A model generated the notes under the pieces. The model saw nothing but the letters and a program-made list of their open reading frames with translations. It was not told the DNA's origin and did not search any database. The translations under genes and the position numbers were made by a program. From assembly GCA_015231405.1 (NCBI GenBank), contig JADGBR010000004.1, positions 189 to 64,188 of the forward strand: 64,000 nucleotides of DNA, given 5' to 3'. Shown here one piece after another: positions 1 to 10,000 of this stretch; positions within the stretch are counted from its first letter, which is position 1; each line of letters opens with the position of its first letter. Source of the stretch: Candidatus Omnitrophota bacterium (GTDB taxonomy: Bacteria > Omnitrophota > Gorgyraeia > Tantalellales > Tantalellaceae).

Positions 1-46
1 TTTTTTTTGGGGAAGGGGCAGTGAGTTATGAAGCTGCTTTATTCTA

Positions 47-350
47 CCCAGATTTGTTCTGGAAGTATTTGTTTTTTTAGATGGTTATGGACAGCGTCTT
101 CAGGTCCTGCGGCACGGGCTGGCTACCATGCGTGATACCCGGATTTGTTGCATATCTTATTTCTTCGTATGTAGTTCGATATCGTGTCTGCTTTTTGCTC
201 TCAAGCTTCCTGGCTACTCCCGCTTCGCCGGATAACCAACCGGAAAAATAAATCCTCGATAGGATAAGAATGCAGATAAAAACTAGTACTATCGTTAAAG
301 GGCCAAGCATTGCGATATTGATATTTAATATCCCTACTCCCGGATTTGTT
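47..350. repeat. Three dispersed 12-bp direct repeats CCC(G/A)GATTTGTT
   Basis: cccagatttgtt 47-58, cccggatttgtt 138-149, cccggatttgtt 339-350. Confidence 0.55.
77..310 (-). CDS. Small hypothetical protein with N-terminal hydrophobic helix (possible orphan immunity gene or remnant)
   Basis: 77-aa ORF co-directional with the toxin locus; hydrophobic N-terminus LTIVLVFICILIL; its 3' part runs through a short repeat, so coding status is uncertain. Confidence 0.3.
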   Translation of the reverse strand: MLGPLTIVLVFICILILSRIYFSGWLSGEAGVARKLESKKQTRYRTTYEEIRYATNPGITHGSQPVPQDLKTLSITI

Positions 351-357
351 CCTTGTT

Positions 358-747
358 TTACCTCTTTTGCTCCGTTTTATCCGTAAACATAACTTTTGTC
401 TGGTTTCTGGCCAGATAGAAAATAATAAACGCTGATACAGCCAGTCTGAATATGGCTCCTGATAATTCTATCGAATTGAATTGGCCTCTTGCGACAAAGA
501 TCTGGGAAAAGAGGTTTTCAGCGATCGCCAGAGAAAAGATTATGACCGACAGGATCCGCGCCCAGTTCTTGAGCTTAAAAAGGCCTGTGCCTATAACCAG
601 ATATAGCATACCTGCTGCCGTAAAAACAAAAACGAATATTGGATGGACTGACTTGGACATTGAGTAAGTGAAGCCGGCTAAAAGAGCGAAGAGACCTATT
701 AAATAGTGCAGGGCTGCAATTGCAATAAGCATTTTAGATTTCTTCAT
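358..747 (-). CDS. Hypothetical integral membrane protein, about 4 TM helices (candidate orphan immunity protein)
   Basis: 129-aa ORF with four hydrophobic segments and a GLFKLKNWAR motif; starts 16 bp after the antitoxin stop; AT-rich. Confidence 0.75.
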   Translation of the reverse strand: MKKSKMLIAIAALHYLIGLFALLAGFTYSMSKSVHPIFVFVFTAAGMLYLVIGTGLFKLKNWARILSVIIFSLAIAENLFSQIFVARGQFNSIELSGAIFRLAVSAFIIFYLARNQTKVMFTDKTEQKR

Positions 748-763
748 AAAACACCATTTGAAA

Positions 764-1024
764 TTATTTTTCCCGCAGCCATTTCTTCACCTGTTCACAA
801 TTATCTATAAATGGGCCTCCCCAGGCCGCTGAGGCTTCATTCAACATGGATATAACCCGTTTTTCTCCACCCGGCTCATTAATTGTTTCGACAATGGACT
901 TCCCTTTTAATGCCGGTATTTTTCTACTTACCCGATCTTCATAATAAGCATTGTCTTTACCCGGATATAATTGTTTGAAATGTTCCCTGATACTCGCTGG
1001 AAGATCTTCAAAGTGTTCTATCAT
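764..1024 (-). CDS. Xre/MbcA/ParS-type toxin-binding-domain protein, cognate immunity of the RES toxin
   Basis: KIPALKGKSIVETINEPGGEKRVISMLN..G fits the PAL.G..P...L....G...V...L pattern of Xre/MbcA/ParS C-terminal domains; no HTH; ATGA overlap (1021-1024) with the toxin stop. Confidence 0.8.
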   Translation of the reverse strand: MIEHFEDLPASIREHFKQLYPGKDNAYYEDRVSRKIPALKGKSIVETINEPGGEKRVISMLNEASAAWGGPFIDNCEQVKKWLREK

Positions 1025-4000
1025 GTTATTTCCTCCGCGCCTTTTTCAAATAAGTGTATAACCAGCCCCGGGATGTCATCAACACCCTCAAACCGTGCTG
1101 ATGGAGCAATAATGCCATTATAACCCCCGTAATAGGCAAAGTCACCTATTAACCGAGTTATGGTTGTATTTTCCTGTATTAAATCACTATTTTTTATCCC
1201 CAGTTTCGTAAGTATCATCGGATCTGTTAAATCAAGCATATTATTTACCATGACATTTTTCACACCAAAGGCAGTTTCCATAAAATCCCTATCTAAATGC
1301 GCTAGTTCACGCAAAGTTGTTGTTGAATTAGCCCCTGCGGATATAGTACCAATCCCAAATGGAGCATATCGATTTACACCTGAAAATTTATCGTATGTGG
1401 TCACCCGCCATATGTCATTCTTATATTGCTTTGGAACACCTCGAACAATCCTCCCGTCATAAACTACCCCTCCTGGTAAGTCATTTGCAATACCCAGCTG
1501 ATCTAATTTCCAGGCAACTGTACTCGCATCTGATAATTCATCCGAATGAACAAGCGCTTTTTCTGCATAATTAACAACCTTCGTTTCATGGACACCTTTC
1601 ATGAAATCTAAAATGTCATCAGATTTAGTTAATAATGATTTCCCACCATGCCTAACAAGTGCAGACCCCACACATGGCATCATTAGACATGTGCCGGAAA
1701 CAGCTCTTTCAAGCGGGGTAAGAGTTTCTCCGGTAATTATATCTTTACCGAACATCACCTGTATGCCATCGTGGAGCTCACCAACTACCGGCATGAACCC
1801 GGCCGCGATACTTGCGCCTATTTTCCATAACGGTATTCCCTGCACAGCGGGATCTGTTTTGTCGATCATACCGTCAATATCTTTCCCGGACAGGACAACC
1901 CGGATTTTTCCCGACGCGCATGACCCTTCCGCGCCGGCTTGTACATCGATGTAGGAACTCGTCAAGTTTGAACTTTCTCCGTCCGCGAATGCGAGAAGAC
2001 CGTCGTCGTCTTCATCGATAACTGAACCCATCGACATCCTATAACTGTAATTCCCATCGGGTCCGATGGCTGTGTATGTATTTCCGTTCAGGACATCATC
2101 TATCTCCGCGTCGAGATAATTTCTATACGAATCATAGTATAAAGAGCCTCCTTCTTCATTGGGTCTGACCCAGCATAGCGTTTCGCCTGTTATGGTGTCT
2201 ATAATTCTCGCTCCGGACTGTACTCCTCCGTTTATATCAAGCGTTATTCCTAGTCCCGGGATATAGCTACCATCAAGATATCCGTTCAAAAGAGCCATCT
2301 TGCCGTTACCGTCCACACCGATCTCGCCGAAAAGAAGAGTTTCTCCCTCTTTAAGTCCGATTATGTTGCCTTCCGAGTCGAAGAGCAGGATGCTATCGGT
2401 ATTTTCTGCCCTGATTCCATCGACAGTTGTGTCATCTTTGAGTGTGACCTGTTCTTTCTGGCCGGCTTGCCATTTATCGTAGAAATACCGGCCTATGGTC
2501 TTTCCGGAACTCGCTATGGCGTTTACGGCGGTCGTATTGAAGAAGCCGGTGGCATAGGCATTGAGGGCTTCGACTATACCCCTTTCTTTCACGACATCGG
2601 AGAATGTCATGACCGAATCCATGTACGCTATCCTGCCGATAGTGTAGGCAGGTTCGTCAGAGCTTATATTTCCTCCGAAAAAGGCGATGGCATTCGATCT
2701 ATAGCTTTCATACATGAATTTGAATATATCAAAATCTTCATCCCCGCTGAACATTCCACGTAATGTTCCATTGATCGCCGTAGATATCGCTGAGAAGCCG
2801 ATATTGGCAAGCATCGGGTTAATATCAAGCTGGTCGATCGCGTAATCTATCCCGATCTTTGCCACACCCTGCACCAAGCCATCCTGCACCGCCTGCCACA
2901 TATTCTCAGGGTCCTGGCCGTCTGAAAAGCCCACGTTCAGCATATCCCTTACTGCTATCCCTGCAAGATTCGATAGTTCCGCAGGTAGTCCTATAGTTTC
3001 TCCCATCCTGAGTATCCCGTAGTAGCTGATCTCTTCTGCCGCGTATGGGACTATCGTTGAGCCTATTTCTTGTGAAAGAAGATCGTATGCTTTTGACAGA
3101 CTTCCGTCCGGGCCTGACATGCCCGTCAGGAACGCCCCGCCCATGCAGGCCGCACCCGTAGACATCATGTCGGAGAGAAACGGGTCTAGTCCGGTTTCTC
3201 TTCCTACCAGGCTCACGCCGGTTTTTATCGTGCTGGTCAATGCGCCGGTTAGGAAGTCGCTTCCGCCCGAGTAGCCGCCGGTCATGAAGGAGGCGGTAAT
3301 CCTTGAGATGTCATTGTTTACGCCGAGTGTGTCCATAGCATTCGTGATGGCGTAGTTGTAGGTGAACATTTTTATGCCGTCGAGGAGGGTTTTGCCAAAA
3401 TCGCCGAAGAAGGTCATTATGGCGTGAGTGCCGCCCTCGACTAGTTTGCCTAATGCGGTAAATACGCCCCCTACTCCCTGTGTAACGGTCTGTAATCCGC
3501 TGAAAAACCCTCCTATTATATTCGGGAGGTTCGCTATGATACTCGCGGCGCTGAAGACCAGAGTTACTATTCCAAGGATCTTACTTACCAGCTGGCAGAT
3601 GCTGTTGTCTATGAAACTCAAAGCTACCGATATGGCGCTTAGCCAGTAGAATATGGCGGGGAGGGCGAAGAGGAAATTGCCTTTTACAAGAAGTGATTCG
3701 TTAGTGGTGAGTTCGCGGAACGAGTTCGGGGCTTGGTTTGGGTTCGCGGGCGGGGCTCTGTCAGCTAACACATAACCGGTCCAGTTCATGAGGAAGGTTT
3801 TCTCGTCGAGTGTTATGCTTTCGCCGGCTGTGTTTTTGTTCGGTTCATAATAGGTGACGTCCCCATTTTCGGCGATGTCGGTGACAATGACGTAGTGGTT
3901 GCTCGAGAGGTGGACTATAATGTCTCTACCCTCATCTTTGACCAGCCATTTAAGCCCGGCGATATCCGTCTTCGCCGCCTTAAATTCGGCACTCTGTCCC

Positions 4001-7000
4001 CTGTCCTCTCGCCTCTCGCCTCTTAACCAGTTATCCAAATATCTATCCATCGCGAACAATGAAATACTGAGCGTACCTTCGGTAAAAGTATCGATCGACC
4101 CCATGAATACCTCTATAAGGAGAATATCCCGGGCTATATTTTTCATGGCCTGGGTTCTTTCCGCCGGGGTTGCGAATACGGCTCCGTTATTTTCCATAAG
4201 TTTAAGCACCGTCTCGAACGCGCATCGGCCAAGGTTTATCTGGTTAGTCTTCAGCCAGTCGATGATCATGGCGGCGTCCTTACTGCCCCAGCCGGTATTG
4301 TTATGCGCGGTTACCTCCGTTTCCGTGAGGCCCAGGGCCGTAAGAATAGCGGCTCGGCCGGCCTGTGCCGCATCCGGGTCAGTATAACTATTCAAAACGG
4401 TCTCGACATCGGTTATGACCGAGTTATTAAAAGCGACTTTGTCCGTATATTCAGGAAGGCTTTTTAGTTCGCTTTCTAGATCGATCACGTCGAGGAAAGC
4501 TACCCTAAGCACCGGGTTAGCGCATCCGGCGCTCTTTGCCATCGTTATCCAATACGACATCTCATCCGTCCCCCCGTTCGCCGACGTCTCGCCGGGGTTA
4601 CGGCCGAGGATCTTCAAGTAATAAATATTAATTATCTGCCTCACTTCCTGTTCCAGTATATTCCTCTCGGCTGTTTCCTCCTGGGCCCGGACGGCGGCGA
4701 TAGTGGTCGAGTATTCGCTCATTATCATCCCATGGGCATTCGATATGTCGCCGGGGACTTTCATGTACTCGTCGTTTATGTACCGGACAGCCTCGTTCTT
4801 GCTGTCTTTAACATTCTGTATCTGGACCTCGATCTCGTTCCTCATGCTGTTCTTCTTTTTCTTATCGGACGGCCAGAATGGGTTCCAGCTGTTTATTGCC
4901 TGGAGCTGGGCGTATAACTGGTTAAGAGCGTTATCGCATTCGTTTATTATCTGAACTTTCTGATCGTTCAGATAATAGATCGCCGAATCTTTGGCTTTAG
5001 CAAGATCCAGGAGAGCCTGGTCTTTCCTCGACTCGATATCGAGCTTCGTCTTTTCCAGCTCGAAACGGGTGCTTCTACGCATCCCGTCATAATCTATATC
5101 GACGATGTTCTGGTCTTCGTCGTAGCTGTACCTGACGACCGGGTTCCAGTCGGTATCGGTCACTTCTACAAGCAGCCCTCTCGCGTCGTAATGCTCGACG
5201 CGGTTATCTCCTTTATACACGTATTCCAGCCGGCCGAACTTGTCATAGACGCTTTTCATGACCCAGCTCGTATCCTTGAAATAGTTTGGTAGATGTTCTT
5301 TCGCGAGCGTGACCTCGGAGGCAAGGGCCTCTTCAAAACCGAGGTTATAGTTATTCCTCTTCGCGTAATCGGCAAGTGTGCTCATATCCACAAGGCGTTT
5401 AGCGGGTTTCGAGTTAAATACGTTCGGGTTTGTCTCGTTCCGGAAATATATCTTATCCTTGAACGATATGCCCGAATCCGCTCCGCATGAGAATTTGAGG
5501 CCTATATTGACTATCCTTGTCGGGTCGAAACCTTCCGACGTAACGCCCCCCGGTATTTCGCCATAACCCGGTTTCAATGTGACCTCGAACCATTCACCTT
5601 CTCTTGTAATATTTACATAATTCCCGTATTCGTAATTATAGTTCTCGTCTTTCACGAATACCTGCGCCCAGCTTGAATGGATTCCGTCGCCTATAAAACC
5701 GGCCGGGGCTTTAACCCTGAATTTTAGTTCTTTATCAAGCAGGTCCAGCGGCCCTTCGTAAACATATCCGCTGCCGGCAAGGTCGTAACGCAGGTCTATA
5801 TATACTTCGCCGTCATTGTTCGTCTCGCTGCCGGCCGCCATATCGGCGTTGAGCGCCCAGGCGTCGAGAGTGTTATCCAGCGTAACGGCTTTTATCCCCT
5901 GTGAATATTCGATATTCTGGGCGCGCCACGAGCCGTCCTCAAGCACCAGCGGTTTATTCACTACCTCACCCGGTTCCTGCCGGGCCGGGACATTATCCCA
6001 CATCCTGAAATTCGGGTTACCCACCGAAGAGCCATCCCATATTATCCCCACATAAGGTTTAACGGAGTCTTCCGGGACGAGGAAAGGAGCGCTCACATAA
6101 CTACCCCCGGGACATGTACCGTAGTTAGCGTCGACTATGGATATACCCCCGTTATAGTTGAAAGTGCGGTCATAGTCGTCGCGAAGGCGTACGCCTATAA
6201 GCCTCACTTGTTTCGGATCGAAATTAGCGCTTTTTATCCCGAATAATGGTTTATCGTCCGATACGACAAGCTCGACCTTGTACCACCCGTTGTCGTTCGT
6301 GATCGTCACTTCGGTACCGTATAAGTCCCCCCAAACACCGCTGTCCTCGGATTTGGCGAAGATCTGCGCGGTGACGCTTTTACCCGGGGGAAGGGTCCCT
6401 TCGTCGAGTTTTATATAGAAACTGGCCTTCTTGCCGCTAAGGTCGCGGGTGCCCTGGTCGAACGAGTTCGGCTCCGGGTACCGGAGATCGACATAAGCTT
6501 CACGCCAGTCCCTGGACAAAAGATCCGCGTTTATATGCATTGTTTCGGCTGAGCCCCGATAATTATCGCCGGAACCCGGATCCGGATCCCGCCATTGGTT
6601 GCCGCCTCCGGTCAGCCTTTCACCTATCTTTTCCTGTTCGCCTGTTCTGTAAAGGTCGTCTTCACCGGGGATAGCGATATCCATGAATTTAACGAGCTTA
6701 TAGTTCGCGTATATACCGGCAAGGCTGCCGCTTTTGTAGAATAGCCGCGTGCCGTCGTTCGCGGTGACGTTTACCCAATCCCCGTCGATGACTGAGGCTC
6801 TTTGTGCACCGTCAGCCATAACTACCGTGAACTTTTTCAGTCTCGGTAGGCCGTTATTGTCCTCTATCATGCCTATATCCTCGAGGACAACGCCGTTAGG
6901 GCATGTTACATAGTCGACGGCACCTTCCTTATAGTAGACCACGCGCCCGTCATCGTGATGTTCTTCCGCGAGTTCCGCTATCATGCTGCCGTCCGCGTTG

Positions 7001-10000
7001 TATAGGTAGCGGTATGCCCGGCCTTTACCGTCATAAAAGTGAGTGAGCTTGTTATTTGTGTCGAATTCCCTGACCGTGCCGGTATTGTCCGCTAGTGTGA
7101 TCTTCGCGCCGTACGTGTAAGTGAATACGTTCATTCCCTTATCGCCGCGTTTCTGGGTTATCACGCTGATCTTTTGTTCGCCGCCGATCGTTGTGTACTC
7201 GTAATCTGTCTCGAGACCGAGCTCATTCACCTGATAGATAATATTATCATCGCGGTAATGCCTTTCAATTTTGGCGATGGTATCCGTTACGACGACCGTT
7301 TCCGTCCCGTTTGCGTCTTTAACATATTTATAGGTATAGAGCCGCCCGTCGGGGTACCTGGCGCTAATGATCTTATTATCGTCGTCGAGCACATACGCGA
7401 CACCTTCCCCGTCCCTTATCTCGGATAATTTCGTGCCGCTATAGATGTACTCGACGTCTTTCGGATCCTTTATGCTGGTTATATCCCCGGAAGTGCCAAA
7501 ATTGACGACGGTATCATCGGAAGTGATAAGTTTTATTAGAGCCCCGTTTTCGTTATAGATACGGGCTATATCGTCGCGATCGATCTCGAATTTGGCGCGC
7601 GACTCTTGATCCGACGGGTCCAGCGTAATGATCGCCGACAGGGTATTGCTGTCAGTAACGGTTATATTCCCTTCTGAGATATTGATGGTCTCCCCGGCGC
7701 TATTGGTCACCACCGTTATTTCCCCGCCCGGGCCGTAAATAACGCTAACTGGAACCGCGTCGTCGGTTGTTACTCCCGTTAGCGTCGACCTGTTACCCGC
7801 CGGATCGTACGCGTACCTATATTCAACGCCGTTACGGTTCACCCTCAAAATATGCCCGTTCTCGAATTCCGTGTATTCCCCGTTCGGACCGGAGAAAGAA
7901 ACGGGGATACCCGAAGCGTCATAGATACTCGTCCATTCTTCGCCCGTTATCCGCGTTCGTTTTAGCTCTCCCCGGGCGTCCCTGTACAAACTGTACAGAT
8001 TTAAACCAGTCCGGGGTGAATATTCAGCGGAGATGTCGTTACCCCTCGATATCTTTATCGTCCCGTCTCGGGCTATAAGCTCCATAAGTTCCCCGTTGTA
8101 TACGACTCCTATGCCGCCGTCAGGATAACTCACAAGAGCTCTATCGAGTTTGCCCTCCCCGGAAAGGACTATACCGCTTAACCGCGATCCGTTTTCCTTG
8201 AGTATCACCGAATCGAGATCCCCGTTTTTATAACGGATAATATCACCGTTATCGTTCGTTATCGACACAAGACCCTCGCTAACCGGAGGCACGATACCGT
8301 CAACTGCAGGATCCCATACATATATGCTTTTCCCTGACGGGTCGAATACCTCGATATGCCCGTCTTTACATAGATCGCGGTAAGAGATAAGCGCGCCGTT
8401 CGGATCCCTCGAATATTCACGGTAATTGCCGGACGCGTCCAGGCTCCTCGTTAGAGTGCCTGTCACAGAGTCATATTCGTTAAAACCTGAAATTTCTCCG
8501 GTTTTATAGTTTTTCTCAGCCCTCGTTATAATAACATCACCCGATCCGTTCTCCCCGTAACCTAACTCGAATGTCGTGCTTTTATCGCTTATCTTCCCCG
8601 TATCCTCCCACGACGCGCCGATGACCGTGCCGTTAATGCCGTTCACCCGGTCTATAATGCCGGTACCGGTGCCTTCGTCCATGTCCCATGCGGATACGAG
8701 GGACGCTGACGCGCCGGCCCCGCTCGACAATTTTACGTTCTTTATCGCGCCCGCGAGGCTCGCTGTGCCAACCTGGCGGTAGCCGAAGAACATGTCACCG
8801 TCGAAATCCAGGCCTTTACATGCTCCGGCGGGATAGGTCTTACTTATGACTTCACTGCCGTCGACATACACTGTGACTGTTGCGCCATCATACCTCATTT
8901 CGAGGCTATACCATTTGTCGAGCTGGTCGAGGCTTCCGACGCTCCCGGAAACGTCGTCCCCAAACTCGCCGCCGGGCATGCTTATATACACCCGTCCTGC
9001 CCCGCTCTTCCATATCTCGAGCCTGTCGGAATTACTGAGCCGTTTAGTGAATACCGGCACCCAGTTACCCTGGGAGCCGGATGAGAATTTAACGTCCATT
9101 GATATCGTAAAAGCGCCGAGGCTGTGGAGGGCCGAAGACTGTACGGTCACGCCGTCGCCGGTGCCGTCCAGTGCGAGGACGCTTTCACGTTTTATCTCGT
9201 CTACCTTGACAACTCTTCCAGGTCCGTTCCCGGCAGTGTTATCATCATAATGGAATATTATTGTATTACCTATATTAGGCTCGCCTGCGAGATCCTCCGC
9301 TTGGGCGGTTATTCCATCAGGGATATTCTTACTGAATTCTTTTCGCGAGAGGTTACCGCTATCCTCATAATATGTTTCTTTGTATACCAAATCCCCAGCG
9401 GGATGATCTTTCTTTGTCTTCGAAAATAGTTTTGACGCGCCCTCAGCCGTCTCGCCGTAATACTCGAATTCGTATGTTACGCTTTTTTCCGTTATATCGT
9501 CCGTGTTTTCCCATACGGGGCCGATCACCGAGCCGTTATTGGTCCCGACCCTGTCGGTAACACTCCAGCCGCTACCTTCGTTCATGTCCCACGCGGATAC
9601 CAGCCCGGCCGTTATATCCACGCCGGAATTAATGGCCATGACCTCGCCCGTCGTTATCATCCTGTCAAAGAGCCTTACATCCCTAATACTCCCGGGGAGC
9701 GACGAGTTATCAAATTTACGGTAGCCGAGGAACATCTCAGCGCTAAAATCCATGCCTAGGGAGTCCCAGCTCTGGGTTATGACCTCTATCCCGTCCACGT
9801 AAACTTTTATGGTATTCCCGTCATACCCCAGGGCTATGTTGTACCACCTGTTAACTCCCGCCAGGCTGTACCCGATCTCCTTTTTGTCCAGGCCGCCGTT
9901 ACTACCGGGGAAACTTATATAGACCTGTCCTACCCCGTTCTTCCATATCTCGAACCTCTCGTCGACGCTTGTACCCCGTTTCGTGAGTATCGGTACCCAC

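Noticed and set aside
764-1460. Stand-alone type II Xre-RES TA operon
   Set aside because: RES is in frame with the 3490-aa ORF, and the partner is downstream and lacks an HTH
5100-8550. Classical Rhs core with PxxxxDPxG autoproteolysis site
   Set aside because: YD-like repeats are present, but no Rhs-associated core or DPxG motif precedes the toxin tip
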